DNA of 64,000 nucleotides from the NCBI GenBank assembly GCA_963693365.1, contig CAVNZM010000012.1:3609617-3673616 (forward strand). The letters are read 5' to 3'. The DNA comes from Amoebidium appalachense (taxonomy: Eukaryota; Protista; Ichthyosporea). Both the position numbers and the translations under genes were made by a program. Positions 11,631 through 27,407 of this stretch are shown in pieces. The stretch's first letter is position 1; every line of letters begins with the position of its first letter. The notes under the pieces are model-generated. The model did not search any database. It was given only the letters and a program-made list of their open reading frames with translations, and was not told where the DNA came from.

Positions 11631-11869
11631 GGTATTGATTATGACAGTGCAAATGTTAGGCAAAGAATTCTGAATTTATTTCGTTCTCCAGATCTTGAAG
11701 TCAAGAGAGCCAAACAGTTACATGATCGGGCAAGGTTTTCAAAGCGGTTATATAAGAGGATTTAAGATCAAAGAGGCAAACTGCATGTTGGCATCCACTT
11801 TCATTCCGTTAAACCCTGCGTCAATTCTTAATGCGCACAGTCGGAGGGAAGAACATTTTTCACACTTCG

Positions 11870-11995
11870 AAAAACAAAACAAAACAAAAAAAACAAACAA
11901 ACAAACAAACAAACAAACAAACAAACAAACAAACAAACAAACAAACAAACAAACAAACAAACAAACAAACAAACAAAAAAAAACAAAAAAAAAAC
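11870..11995. repeat. (AAAC)n microsatellite
   Basis: Seen directly. Confidence 0.95.
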
Positions 11996-12551
11996 ATCAT
12001 ATATCCAGGAGGCCAAAATTCAAGTACCAGTCTTTCAATACGTTGCAAAATGCTACAAGGATATGCCAGAACTTTCCACATGGGTTGCCAGACTAGCCAA
12101 TATTGATTTCGACTGCATGCATGAAGAGATCGGATCCATCCTAAACATGCGATCGCAAAATGGTACAGTCTGAAATCTAAATTACAAATTCCAGACATCA
12201 TTAACTAACCTGCAGCCCCAAACTTCTTACCAACACCAACAAGGTGCTAATACTGGGAGAGAAAAAAAAGAAAAAGAAAGAAAAGAAGGAAAGGGAAAAA
12301 ACATGTCTATTGAGGAATTGTGAAACAGGACTTACGACTTTTCATCTATTGGCAACCAATAGCGCGCATCGAGAAACCACAAAACTCCAACCCACCCACC
12401 CACCCACCTATTAAATAAAACACCAAAATTTGAACCATTATACACCACTACAAATCATGCTCACACGATACAAAACCCTGTCGACATCACATCATCCTAC
12501 CCAACTACCTAACCCACCTGCCGTACCTCTCCACCCTAATACCTCCTATTG

Positions 12552-13094
12552 TCATAACCACCCCTCCCCCTCCCACCCCCATTCCCACCCCCTCCCACCA
12601 CCCCCATACCCTCCTCTCTGGTTGTTGTTATTGTTGTAACGGTTACCCCCGTGTTGTTGGTTTCCTCCGTATTGGTTTCCATAATTTCCGTATGATCCTT
12701 GTTGGTTCCCTTGGTAGCCGGGCCGAGGGGGGGCCCCATACCCACCACCGTATTGGTTGTAGCCGCCTTGGGGGGGATAGCCACCCATGGGTGGGGGTGC
12801 GCCTGTACGTGTACGTGTGTGTGTGTGTGTACGTGTGTGTGTGTGTGTGTGTGTGTTATTGGGGGGAAGGTGTGTTTGTGTGTGTGTGTGGGGGGGGGGG
12901 GGGGGGGGGGGGGAGGGGGGTTCGAAAGGTCAGTTATGTGTTCATTTATACGGTATTTTTTGGTTGGGGATTTTGAAATGGTTAGTTGTTGGCGTGGGTT
13001 TTATCGGTTAAGACAAAAGTTGGCAACTGCTCCTGGTTCATGGTGACTACATAGCAGGGGGGGGGGGGGGGATGGGGCGGAAGGAGGGGGGAAT

Positions 13095-13155
<61 letters not shown>

Positions 13156-13264
13156 GCGTGTGCACGTGCGCATGTGTGCGTGTACCTTCAAGTGCTCGTG
13201 TGTCTGGGCATGGGCGTCTGCACAAACACCTGTGTGTTTGTTGGAGAGAGAGGGAGAGGCAGAA

Positions 13265-13298
<34 letters not shown>

Positions 13299-14710
13299 TG
13301 GAAGGAGGGAAGAACAAAAGAAAAAAAAAAAAGGGGGGGGGGGGGGGGGTTGGGTTTGAATGCGTCAAAAAGTACGAAGTACACAAGAACAAACGGATAA
13401 CACGATGCAGAATACAAGCCATACATAAAGAGTATGCATAATAAGCAGAGCCCATCCTCAGGGGGGGCCCACGTCATCCACAGTACCCGAGTTTCGACCT
13501 ATTCACCTCGTTAACGAAGCCCAATTCAGATACTGTTTCACTTGAACATGGGTAGGTCACCCGTCTTGATCAGAGACGAGCAGGGTTGCTTATGCAGGCA
13601 AGGGCAGTGGGAAAGGCCGGGGGTTAAAGTTGCAGCAGTAAGCAGAAGCAAGAAAAATATAGATAGGAACTCAGGAGACGGGGCTTCTAGGAAGCTCCCC
13701 CGTCGCTACCTAAGTCGATACTTCCCTGGCGAACATACTACACCAGCTGAAAAGAATTAAGTCCCAAAGGCCGCAGAATTCGCAATCAGAGGGGAAAATA
13801 TGAGATTTGACCCGGATGGTTTTGAGGATACTAACCATAACCGCCAGGAGGCATAGGGACCTGGCCCATTAGTGGGACAGCAGGCCTAGCCATGGCCGGG
13901 TTGATGGGGGGGATGACGGTCATAGGCTGCAGCATGGGGGGCATGCCTCCCATGTAACCTCCACGCCCAGTCATGCCCGGTGGGCCACGGGGCATCATGC
14001 CCATCTGAAGTGAATTCCTGTGGTTGGAGGGAACACGGTGGGGTTGGGTTGGGGGGGGGGGGGGGGGGGGGGGGGAGGAAGGGGAGGGTGAGAGAGAGAG
14101 GGAGGGAGGGAGGAGCGAGAGAGGGAGGGGGAGGGAGGGGGAGGGAGAAAGAAAGACTGAGGGAGGGAGGGAGGGAGCAAGTGTGAGAGAAAATGGAGGG
14201 AGAAGGGGGCGGGAGTGGGTAAGTTAGATGTGGTAGACGGAGCTCGGCATGTACAATACTGAATCAGACAACGAAGAACACGAAGAACACCGAGGTACAC
14301 AAGAATACGTATAAGTTTGTGCACAAGGAGGGTGGGGGTGGGGAGAACAGCTAAGAGGAAAAGCAAAAACGTCTTGATGAATAATAGGACTCGAGCGACG
14401 AGGTCTTTCGCGCCCCCCCTCCCCCCCCCCCCCCCCCCCCTCCCCCGCGCAAACTGCAACCTTTCCTTCCCTCAATCCACGTCCATTTTTCCTTCCTTCA
14501 AGCTTTGCCCATTCCTCTCCATAGTGGCCCTCTTTCCCCAACCCCTCTTAGTCTCCCACCTCTCCATTATTCTGGTGTTTCACTCATGAAAGGAAAGAGG
14601 GGGAGGGGGGGGGGGGGGGGGGGGGGGAGGGAGTTAGAATGTGTCGGAGAGACTAAATTCACAGTCATGACAGAGGATGGGGTGGGTTGGGGTGGATGTG
14701 GGGCGGAGGT

Positions 14711-14781
<71 letters not shown>

Positions 14782-16514
14782 TTTGGTGGTGGTGGTGGGT
14801 GGGTGTTGGGGGGGGGGGGGGGGGGGGGGGGGGGAGGGGGGGGGTAGACTTACATGATGAAACGGTCTGCCGCATGGTGTCCTCCCCTGCCTCCCCTTCC
14901 TCTCCCTCTGCCCCTACGACCACCAGATTTGCTGTGCAAAAAAAGAAATTAAAAACATCGTCAGTTGTCTGCATTATCATCATTCCGTTTAATCACAGCA
15001 GGGAGAGAAAGTAAACGAGACAAAGTCTTCGTTAGTATGTGTATCTGGTGTTGTGTGTGTGTGTGTGTGTGCGTGTGTGCGTGTGTGTGTGAGTGTGTGT
15101 GTGTGTGTGTGTTCGTCTGTGCTGTGTGTGGGTGTTTGTGGAATGAAGTGCGCATGTGTGTGTGCATGTGTGTGTCTGTGCCTGGGCAGTTCCATCCGTG
15201 CACTACTCCTGTATGCCACTGTGTCTAATGTGTCTACTTGGGTGCTCGCCCTCGTCCATGCAACATGTAACCAACAATACACAAAACTCCAACAAACACC
15301 ACGAAGGTTATCAGATGAATCCGATTACCATATAAGGTTAACGAACACTCATTGGGGAGTAGTAGGATTCACGCACCATAGCTCCAGATCCTCTCTTGTG
15401 GTCACACGTGGCGGCATGATCACTCCGGGCAGGAGTTTAGCCTGGAACACAGTGCCCTCACTGTATTCGGGATTCTCGTACCCAACGCTGCAATCAAAAC
15501 ACGTAAGATATGGAACACGGTGCTCCCTTCGTTCAACATAAAAAACGTAAGATTACGGAACATGTCGCTCCAAACCTTCCACATAAAAAACGTAAGAACT
15601 GGAACATGGTGCTCCCAGCATTCCACAAAAAAAATATAAGATATGGAACATGGTGCTCTTACTAAAATCGGGGTGCTGGCAACTAACGCTGCAATCAAAA
15701 AATGCAAGCATGTGTGTGCCGTATCATATATCGAACATTAATAGTTAACCAACAAAACCAACAGCCCGTCAGGGCCTGGGCAAAAATTGAAACCGGCCTA
15801 CCATACATAGAACGAAATACACATTCACTACGGATTAAGTAATATTGAGGTGAAACAGATCAACGTGTACACGAGTATGAAACAGAGGGTGAGCCTATCC
15901 TCTGGGGGCTAAGTCGACGTGCCGGCAGACCGGGGAGGGGGGGAGGTGGGGGAGGTGGGGTGCAGCTTGACTTTGAGAAACAGAGAACCAGGCTAAGGCC
16001 GGACACATTGGAAACCCAATGGAGAAGGGAGCACATAAACCAATAAGATGGCACAACATCAGCCTTGTTATATCCCAGCCCTCCCCCCCCCCCCCCCCCC
16101 CTTATCTTTTCTCGTTCTCTCTATTGAGCTAACAAAAAAAAGTTGACTTTGGACCCCCCCCCCCCCCCCCCCCCTCCCTCGAACTCCCCCCCCCCTCCCC
16201 TCCCCCCCCCCCCCCCCCCCCTCCCCCCTCTTCATATGCCCGTATGCACCTACCTGATAACTTGGTTATCAGGTATGTCCGGTTGTCCTTCCTCTGACAA
16301 TGGCGAGTGATATGAACTGTATGTGTACGTGTGTTGGTTGGTTGGTTGAGGGAGAGAAAAGGAGGGGGTGGGGGAGGGGGGGTTAGGCACAGAAAGCATA
16401 AAGGTGTAGAGATTCAACAAGATAACTGAGCGACAAACATCAGCAACATCAGGCAGCCCGACCTCCCCCCCCCCCCCCCCCCCCCCCCCCAATCACACAC
16501 ACACGCACACACGC

Positions 16515-16553
<39 letters not shown>

Positions 16554-17086
16554 ACACACACACAACTCTGTCCCAAATATAGACAAGATCTAGCCACACC
16601 AAACACCAACCCACCCAACCATCAAAGAAACAACATGCATGATCACCGCAAACAGACCCAACACAACACAAACACACCACAACAGGCAAAAAAAAGCCCA
16701 CAATCCGCCACAACACAACACACCTAACCAACATCCCAACCACTACAGCTTCACAGGCTTGACATTAGGAAAAAAAAACCATTATTGCAACTACGTGGTA
16801 AGGGGGGAAAAACAGAAAAGAAACTAAAGAAAGACAGAAAGAAAGAAAGAAAGAAAGAAAAAAAGAAAGAAAGAACAAGGAAGAAAGAAAGAAAGAAAAA
16901 CTCTGCATTAGGCTGCAAGCACACACACCTGCCGGGGAGTACCACGTCATTATCCTGTGTGATCTTCCCCGTCATCCCCTGGGTGAGCTTCGTGTCGACA
17001 GGTATCCACACCCTCTGCAGAATAAATTAAAACTACAGTCAAAAAAAAAAAAAAAAAAAAAAAAACCAGCCCACAAAGAGGAGAAA

Positions 17087-17118
<32 letters not shown>

Positions 17119-17254
17119 CAGAGAGAGGAGGAAGTAGGAAAGGAGAGAGTGGGGGGACGGAGAAAGGGAAGGGAGGAGGATTGAGGGAGGGAGGGAGGAA
17201 CGAGAGATGGGTTGGGTGTTTTTTTTTTTTTTTTTTTTTTTTTTGTTTTTTTTT

Positions 17255-17295
<41 letters not shown>

Positions 17296-17422
17296 GTAGA
17301 ACATTAGATAATGGGAGGACGGAGAAAGGGAAGAGGGGAGGATAGAGGGAGGGAGGAACAAGAGAATGTTGGGGTGAGGATTTGGGGGGGAGCGGGGGAA
17401 AGAGTGTTTTTTTTTTTTTTTT

Positions 17423-17453
<31 letters not shown>

Positions 17454-17675
17454 GGGGATCTAAACCTCGTCGTCTGCTGGGCGGCTGATCTCATAGAGGG
17501 CACAGCACATGTTGAAGGCTGCATGGCGCTTGCCTACAAATAGAAAGTCCGTGCCCCGCTTGTTGCGCTAAGTAACGTATGTGTCAGAAAGGCATGTGTG
17601 TACGTGTACGTGCACATACACACACACACACACACGCACACACACACGCACACGGTCCGACACCTACGCTCACAT

Positions 17676-17710
<35 letters not shown>

Positions 17711-18063
17711 AAGAGAGACAAGGCCGGCACCAGACGCTTGCCATCCCCCCCCCCTCCCCTTCCGGAGCATGGCACCCAACACACCCACTCCTCATCCCCT
17801 GCAGTCTCTCCTACCCTTGATGCACGGCCAACGAGAAAAGAACATTCCCAAACTATTACTTTCAGCATGAAAAATATCTGCCTTGTCGGGTCAACCTAAT
17901 GCCCCTATAGACAGTATGACAATCTTTATCTTGATTGCCCGAGCGCAATTGTGTGAGTGAATTCTAGGGCAAACGAGTGCATTTGTGTGTGCTTGTGTGT
18001 TTGTGTGTATCTGTATCTCTATCTCTATCGTTCTCTTCTCCCCCCCCCCCCCCCCCCCCACAA

Positions 18064-18156
<93 letters not shown>

Positions 18157-18597
18157 AAACGAGCACATTTGTGTGTGCATCTCTATCTCCCCCCCCTCCC
18201 CCCTCCAACCCCCTACCCCCCCCCCCCCACCCCCACACCCCCAACCCCATTCCACCATCTTTGCGTGTGTACGTGTTTAGAACTCAGGACAGAGAAGGGG
18301 CCTACCTCTCTTTGAATCTCAGTCAGCTGGTCAGCCACTGTCTCGATTGCCTTAAATAGGCGCTCCTCGTCCATAAAAGGCAACAGCGCCACACCTGTAA
18401 GCCACCAACATCAGTGCCCGGCCGATAACAGGCATACAGTCATAATGAAAGATCCTATGTGTTCCCGTAAACCTCCGTCCCTGCCCTCCCCCCTTCCCCC
18501 CCCCCCGTCAAAAGAAAGAAAAGAAAGAAAAAGGAGGAGGCCAAGGGGAAAAGGGTGGGCAGGTGGGAACAAAAATGGATACACCAGAGTATGCAAA

Positions 18598-18677
<80 letters not shown>

Positions 18678-19534
18678 CTCCTTCTGCGCCTGTTCATGTG
18701 CATGAGTGGACACATGTGTGTCTGTCCGTGTTTGTGTGTGTGTGTGTGTCTCAGTGTTTGTTCTTGTAAGGTTGTGAAAGTGTTTTCACGTACCCATCCA
18801 AGCGAAGGGTTTGCCGTTGAGGTCGATCTTAAAGTCTGTCGGGTACATGTCCAGAATGGGTGACTTTGGGTCATACATCAACTTGCTCCATGCAGGGGGT
18901 AGGAAACGCTTGCCACTGGACGCTGTAGGGGGAATGGAGGGGGTAATAAGGGGTGAGAAGAGGTAAAAGAAGGGGGTAGGTGGGGGTAAGAAGGGGTAGT
19001 GGGGGTAAGAAGGGGTAGTGGGGGTAAGAAGGGGTAGTGGGGGTAAGAACGGGTAGTGGGGGTCAGAAGGGGTAGGTGGGGGTAAGAAGTGGGTAAGAAG
19101 GGGTGACAGAGGGGATGTAGAGGGGGTAAGAGGGGGTAAGAAGGGGTAGGTGGGGGCAAGATGAGGTAGGTGGGAGAAGGGGGGAAAAAAGGGTGATGAA
19201 GGAGGGGAGGGGAAGGGGGGGGAGGGGGGGGGGGGGGGGGGGGGTAAGAAGGTGTGATAAGAAGGGGTGGTAAGTGGGTGAGGAAGGGGTGATAGAGCAG
19301 GTAAAAAGGCGTCATAGAGCGGGAAAAAAAGCGTGATAAAAGGCGATCGAAGGGGGTGTTAAGGGGGGTACGAGGGGTAAGAAGGGGTGACTTGGTTATG
19401 GCGCAGACCGGTCGTGGTTGTGTTTGTGCTTGTGTTTATGTTTGTGTACGTGTGTGTGTGTGTGCTTCAGAGAGTGCGAGTCTGCTTGTGTGTGCATGTG
19501 TGTGTTTGAGTGTTTTTGTAGGTGTGATTCTGCT

Positions 19535-19570
<36 letters not shown>

Positions 19571-19581
19571 TGTACGTGTGA

Positions 19582-19666
<85 letters not shown>

Positions 19667-20376
19667 TGTGTGTGTGTGTGGTTCTGCTTGTATGTGTGTG
19701 TGTCTGTATGTACGTGTAGGGATGTGTGTGTGTGTGTCTTCGTGTGTGGATGTTCGTGTGCGCTTGTGCGCGCTTGCCTGCCCATGTTTGTGTGTGTGCA
19801 CGCATGTGTGTGTGCATGTGTGTGGCTTTGTGTCCGGTTCGCATGCATCACATCACACACCTGGCAAGACACCCATCAGCTGCTCCAACGGGTTGAATGC
19901 AGTCGTGCCCTGCTCGAAATTCACCTGCCACACATTCACGTCAGAACACATCCAAAAAAAGAAAGGAAAGAAAGAAAGAAAGAAAGAAAAAGAAACGAAA
20001 CCAAGTGGGCCGCTACAGTATGTCAAACTATCATCTTTGTAGCGTGTGTCCTCTGTAGGTCCTGACACAAATTTTAGAACTCAGAATAGCCGGTGTCATA
20101 TAGCAAAACAACAGTGCATGCTACCTCTCCAATTTGGTAGTTTGACGGAGCGGCTCTGTCCATCCTGGTTGATTCATTGAATCATGTATACGTGTACATC
20201 ATACTGAAAATACGGAATGTAGTCAGATGCATCAATAAGCTCATCCACATAGATAACTTCCAAGTCTGATTAAACTGGGTAAGTGGTGGGGAAAAAGACC
20301 GTAAAACTTCTACATAAACATTCACGCCATAACAACTTATCACACCAACCCCGGAGTCATACTAAGACTAGCTGAC

Positions 20377-20437
<61 letters not shown>

Positions 20438-21098
20438 CCCTCCCCCCTTCCCCTCCCCCACCACTACCACCACCAGACCCACACCCACACCCACACAGCC
20501 ACACAACGACAAGCACCACCACCACCACCACCACCACCACAAGCAGTCTTACGTAATACAACCCCACTGTATCCTACATACCATGTCACCCGCTCTCCAC
20601 ACAGGAACAATCTGGATTGAAAACAAATGAGTGACGGGGAGGAGAACAAGAGAGGGGGGGGGGGGGGGGGGGGGAGGGGGGGGGGGGGGGGGGACATTAC
20701 CGTTTCAGGGACTTCGCACTCAGCAATGTCCGAGGCAAAGGGGGAGTAGTGGTAGGGGTAGTACCACTTCCACGAGGCACAGCCCTGAACACACAGAGGG
20801 GAGTAAGTGGCTGATAGGCTGGTTGCATGTATGTGTACGGAGCATGGCACTATGTGTGTTACCCCCCCCCCCCCCCCCCCAAACACACACACACACACAC
20901 ACACACACGGCCACATCCACTACCCCCGACCCTAACCCCCCCCCCCCATCCTCATCCCCATCTACCCAACTCCTCAACCCCCCCCCCCCCCCCCCCCAAC
21001 ACACACACACACCCCACCCCATCCAATCCCCACCTACCCACACCCCCAAACTCCCCCCCATGCACCCACCCATGCACACAACCCCCCCCCCCCCTTCC

Positions 21099-21134
<36 letters not shown>

Positions 21135-21346
21135 AAGGAAAACACACACACACATACACACACACACACACACACACAGCCACGCACCTGGTAGTAGTAT
21201 GCCAGCACCCAGCACAATCCCTCCATGTACGACCTTACGACCTGTGTCCTGAACTCCATGTCCGTGACCTTCACCCCGAACTTGCTCTCGTAGTAGCGTG
21301 CCTTCCACCCATCCTCCCACAGTCTCACCTCGTCCGGTATCTCCGG

Positions 21347-21400
<54 letters not shown>

Positions 21401-21775
21401 GTGAGCACACGTTTTGCCTTCCATGTGTATATTGCAAAGAAAACACCGACTGAAAGCCGAATTCATCTCATGGAAACTTGTTAACGTGTCACAGTTATAT
21501 TTGCTGTTAGTATAACTGGCGCACGGTGGAGAGGCATCAATGAGAGGGGAAAAGAGCGTGGTCGAAGAAAAGGTCGTGGCTGGCAGCTTGCACGTATGCA
21601 TGGCTAACCAATCCCTTCTTTAACCCCCTCCCCATCCGCCTCCCCCTCCCCCCGCACGCGCATCCACACACACACACACGTCCCCCCCCGTCCCCCCCCC
21701 CCCCCCCCCCCCCCCAACCACACACACACAACACACACACACATCGCACCCCTTCCCCACCGCTACACACACACA

Positions 21776-21812
<37 letters not shown>

Positions 21813-22261
21813 ACCCCCCCCACCCACCCACACACACACACACGACACACACACAACGCACACACACACCTCCTCATCATCCATCGGGCGCTTGACCGGA
21901 CCCTTTGCATCTCCCTCCTCCCCGTTCTCCATCTTCGTGTCTCCGTCCTTCCCCATGAGGCTTTTGCGCAACTCTGCTGCCGCCTTTCGGTTGGCCTCCT
22001 CCTGTTTCTCCTTTTGGAACTGTTCAAGCCGCTGCTTGAAAATTGCCTGCAAAAACAAAAGAAGGGGGGACGGGGGAAGAGGGGGGGAGGGGGGGATGGG
22101 AAGGAGAAGGAGGAAGGGTACGCGAGTATGAGCAAGATTGCCTGTGTGCGGTAGGTGCAAGAAACACTACCCTCCCCCCCCGCCGCTGCGCACACTGCCT
22201 TAGACACACAGGCACACACACACAGGGCCATGCATAAATGGCCATGCATATCTGCGTGAAG

Positions 22262-22292
<31 letters not shown>

Positions 22293-22348
22293 ACACACAC
22301 ACACACACAACTCCCTTCCCCCTTCCCCCCCCCTCCCCCCTTCCCCCC

Positions 22349-22382
<34 letters not shown>

Positions 22383-22500
22383 GCACACACACACGTACAC
22401 ACCTGTGCCACGCCCTTGTTTGACTCCCCCTCCTGGCCCAGGGCTATGGGCTGATACTGCTTGATGTCCACCCACTTGGCCTGCGCCTCCTTGCGCGCCT

Positions 22501-22540
<40 letters not shown>

Positions 22541-22901
22541 ACGGTCGGCATGAGATTATGTTTTCTTACTAGGAAAAATAATAAGGAATATACACATCCA
22601 GGGAAATACTATAGAATCTAAAACGTGGTATGTGTAAGAAAAAAAGAAGAAGAAGAAGTAGAGAAGAAAAGGAGAGAAAGAATGGGTGTGTGTGTGGGGG
22701 GGGGGGGGGGGGGGGGGAGGGGGGGAGGGCAGTGTTCTAGAGGCACAACAAGAGAGAGAGAGAGTAGTGTGTGAGAGCCAGAGGGAGAAAGCTGAGGGAG
22801 AATGGAAAAGAGCTTTAGGGGAACGAGAAAAAGGGAGGGAGAGAGAGCAAGAACAAGAGGCAGATGGTCTCCCCTGCAAGGGGGGTGCGGGGAGAGATAG
22901 A

Positions 22902-22943
<42 letters not shown>

Positions 22944-23095
22944 GAGAGAGAGCAAGTGCACCTTCTCGTCGAGTTTTCTCCTCTTGCGTCTCTCCTTCAT
23001 CCTGTCGTCTTCGGTCTTGCGCTCTCTGAAGATCTCATCCTCCCTCTCCCCTAGCTCCTTAAAGATCACCTGCACACGCTTGCAGTTCACAGACC

Positions 23096-23127
<32 letters not shown>

Positions 23128-23191
23128 TCTTAGTATACCCTCCCCCCCCCCCCCCCAAAAAAAAAAAAAAAAAAAAAAAGCCACCCAAAAG

Positions 23192-23229
<38 letters not shown>

Positions 23230-24952
23230 GGGAGGGAAAAAAAAAAAAGAAAAACAAACCCCCAAACCCTCCCTTCCCCCAGTTCCCTTTGCGGCCATCT
23301 TTGTTCACCCACCCACCCACCCACCCCCTCCGTTATGCGCATACCATCGTGAATCAGCTACCCGTACAACTTGGACAATGAATTCTTTCAAATGGTCCCC
23401 CTCCACCCCCCCCCCCCCCCCCCCCCCCCCCCATCTCCCCGCCACACACACACACCGAAAATGCCCAAAAAACCCCCGGATTCCCCCTTCCCCCCTTCCC
23501 AACCATCTTTATTCACTCACCCACCCACCCACCCACCCACCGACCCCTTCATGCGCATACCATCGTGAGTCAGGTATCCGCCCAACTTGAGCAATGACTT
23601 TTTCCAAAAGGGTCCCCCCCCCCCCACCCCCACCCCCACCACCACCACCAAAAAAATGCCCCCTCTCCATCCCCTTTCCAATCATCTTCATTCACCCACA
23701 CCCACCCACGCCATTATGCACATACCATCATGAGTCAAGTATCCTCCCAACTTGGGCAGCGACTTCTTCCAAATGGTCACCAGGCGATCAATAGCGCCCT
23801 CCCTAATCTCCAGTGAGGGCATGTGGGGCAAAAAGTCGTTGCCCACAAAGAAGCAAAGGAACACCCAGTCGTCGATGGCTCTTTCGAGCTCAAAAGGGAA
23901 CGGGAGCGCTTCCTGTGGCGGATTGGAAATGAAGAGGAGGTGAGCAGGTGCTATTGCTTGTTGTTTCACCTTCCGATGATGTTTTTTCTTTGTTTTTCTT
24001 GCAGTAATCTCGGTACCAAAATGCCTAGGAAATCCATCCCTCTCCCCCCCTCCCCTCCCCTCCCCCCGCCGCCGCCCCTCCCTCCCTCTACTAAACACAC
24101 TCCCGTTGCAGAGTGGCAAGCGCGTACACCGATGTCAGCAGATCAAAGCACATCACCCATATCCACACCCACCGAAACACACGTGGACACTTTGCACACA
24201 TGTGCCAACGAGTAACCGCATTGCACGAGCACAAGAAAGGAGGGAGGGGAAGGGGGGGCGTGGGGGGGGGGGGGGGGGGGGGGGGGGGGAGGGAGGGGGA
24301 GGGGGACGAGCACATGAAAGTAGGGAGGGGAAGGGGCGGGTGGGCAGGGGGGTTTTGAATGCGTCAAAAAGTACGAAGTACACAAGAACAAACGGATAAC
24401 ACGATGCAGAATGCAAGCCATACATAAAGAGTATGCATAATAAGCAGAGCCCATCCTCAGGGGGGGGGCACGTCATCCACAGTACCCGAGTTTCGACCTA
24501 TTCACCTCGTTAACGAAACCCAACTCAGATACTGTTTCACTTGAACATGAGTAGGTCACCCGTCTTGATCAGAGACGAACAGGGTTGCTTATGCAGGCAA
24601 GGGCAGTGGGAAAGGCCGGGGGTTAAAGTTGCAGCAGTAAGCAGAAGCAAGAAAAATATAGATAGGAACTCAGGAGACGGGGCTTCTAGGAGAGGGGGGG
24701 GTAGAATGTAAGGGAAAGAGTGTGTATGAGCATATGTACATTTGTGTGGATACACGAACGTGAGTTGTTGTTGTGGTGGAGAGTTTCCTCCCAATTCTTT
24801 TCTCTTCTCCTTTTTCTATCTCTTTCGTTATTTGTTTGCTTCTTCTTATTCTTTTCTTTCCTTTTCCTTCTGGTTCTCCTTCATTTATATCACTATTCTT
24901 CTCTCTCTCTCTCATTCTCACTCTCTCCCCCCTGTCCCTCTCCTTCCCTCCC

Positions 24953-24991
<39 letters not shown>

Positions 24992-25448
24992 ACCACCACC
25001 ACCACCCCCCAACCCCCTTTTCCCAACCCCGTCTCCCTCTAGCCAGCTCTCTTTTTCCCTTTCACCCTTTCCCGTGTTTTTGCTTTGGGGGTACACTTAC
25101 GACATATAGCTCAGCCTCCAGATATTCTCTCAGCACGTTGATCTTGATCATCACAAACTCCTTGTCCATGTGGATAGGCCCCTTGGGCTCAGTCGCCTCC
25201 TTGGGCTTGCCCGTGCAGAACTCTTTCTGTGAATCCCAGGGCGCACAAATGTGAGTGTGTGTGTGCGCACGTGTATGTGTGTGAGTGTGAGAGTGTGAGA
25301 GTGTGTGAGTGTGTGTGCGAGTGTGAGAATGAGCAAGTGTGGGTGTGGGTGTTGTTGTGGGGGTGAGTGTGAGTGCGAGGCTGTGAGCGTGTGGAGTGTG
25401 TGAATGTGTGACTGGGTGTGTGTGTGTGTGTATAGGTGTGTGTGTGTG

Positions 25449-25495
<47 letters not shown>

Positions 25496-25627
25496 CGGTC
25501 TGTTGGTGTGCGGGTGTGCATGTAGGTGTTGGGTGCAAATGTGAGTGATTGTGAACGAATGTGAGTGTCGAACGCGAGCGTATGTACGTGGAAAGAATGT
25601 GCGTGTCCGTGCATTTGAGGCTCCGAT

Positions 25628-25658
<31 letters not shown>

Positions 25659-25715
25659 TATAAGAGAGAGTGTGCAAAGTGTGTGCAGGGCATGTGTATG
25701 TGTGTATTATTGTTA

Positions 25716-25780
<65 letters not shown>

Positions 25781-25884
25781 TGTATGTGTGTGTGTATGTG
25801 TGTGTGTGTGTGTGGTGTGTGTGTGTGTCTTCGTGTGTGTGTGTGTGTGTGTGTGTGCGTGTGTGTGCGTGTGTGTTACATGTG

Positions 25885-25935
<51 letters not shown>

Positions 25936-26526
25936 GTTTACGTGTGTGCGCGCTCGTCTGTGTGCGTAAGCGTGAGCGTGTCCACGTGCACGTGCGTGTG
26001 CTTCATGTGTGTGCATCAGGGTGGGTGCATGTGAGTGTTGGAGTGTGTGGTGTTGTGTGAATGTGTCTCGGTGCAAGATGCACACACATGCCTGTGTACT
26101 GGCATACTAGGAGGTGGGTGCTATGTGCATGCCGGCACGCACACGTGAAGTTGGGGAGGGGGGGGGAGGGGGAGGGGGGGGGGGGGGGGGGGGGGGGACC
26201 GTGCGGGTGTATGCTTTTGCAGCAAACTAACACGCACACAGATCTGTCTCTGCAGTGCAGGCAGGATGGGGGAAATCTGCCTGCGTGGGTGAGCCTATGT
26301 GCATGGGCTGGTGGGATACAAGCAATCAAACGACAGAGAGACAGGGTGATGGGTGGTGCGGGGTGAGCAGTGAGGAAGGTAACGTGTCTGCGTGAACGGG
26401 CGTGTTTGTGTGTGTGTTTGTTGTGGGAGGGGGGGGGGGGGGGGGGGGGGGGGCAAGTGTCTGTGTTCGCATGTGTGCGTGTGTGTGTGTGCGTGCGTGC
26501 GTGTGTGTGTTTGTGTGTGTGTGCGT

Positions 26527-26569
<43 letters not shown>

Positions 26570-26827
26570 CGTGCGTGCATGCATGAAGATAGGTGAGTGA
26601 GTGTGTGTGTGTGTGCTAATGTAGGCTCGAGTTTCTTACTGTTGTTTGGGGGTATGTGCCTTTGTCTGCGGCTGTGTGTGTGGTGGTGGTGGCCACGGTG
26701 GTGCTTAGCATATGTGCATGTATGCGTCACGGGGGGGGGGGGGGGGGGGGGGGGGGTTTGAATGCGGAACACGGTACGAAGTACGCATACACGAAGGACA
26801 CATGCAAAGGCAAACATTCAAGTATGT

Positions 26828-26871
<44 letters not shown>

Positions 26872-27323
26872 GTACGGTGTGGCCCATGTGACCGCACAGG
26901 TAGCACGGCTTGTCCCTAGCCGGCTTGACATCCTCACGAAGAACGTGGAAATGGGGCTCATGTGTGGCAAGCGCTGCACGCACACACACATAAACGATTA
27001 GAGCCCATGTTGCTAGTGTTTGCTAATATATTGGTTGGATAGGGGTGGAGTACACACGATAAATGCCATCAATAACACCAAGCAAGATTGAGGTAGGCTT
27101 ACAACAGTTGGGATTATGGAAAGTTGTGTGCGTGTGTCTGGGTGTGTGTTTGGGGACGGGGGAGGGGGGAGGGGGGGGGGGGCTCATGAATATGTGCTCA
27201 ACAGTTGGGATTATGGAAAGTTGTGCGTGTGTGTCTGGGTGTGTGTTTGGGGACGGGGGAGGGCGGAGGGGGGGGGGGGGGCTCATGAATATATGCTCAT
27301 GTGTGCGTGAGCGCGTGTGCACA

Positions 27324-27407
<84 letters not shown>

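Noticed and set aside
15484-15705. CRISPR-like repeat-spacer pattern
   Set aside because: Degenerate repeats, similar spacers, eukaryotic intron and no cas genes.
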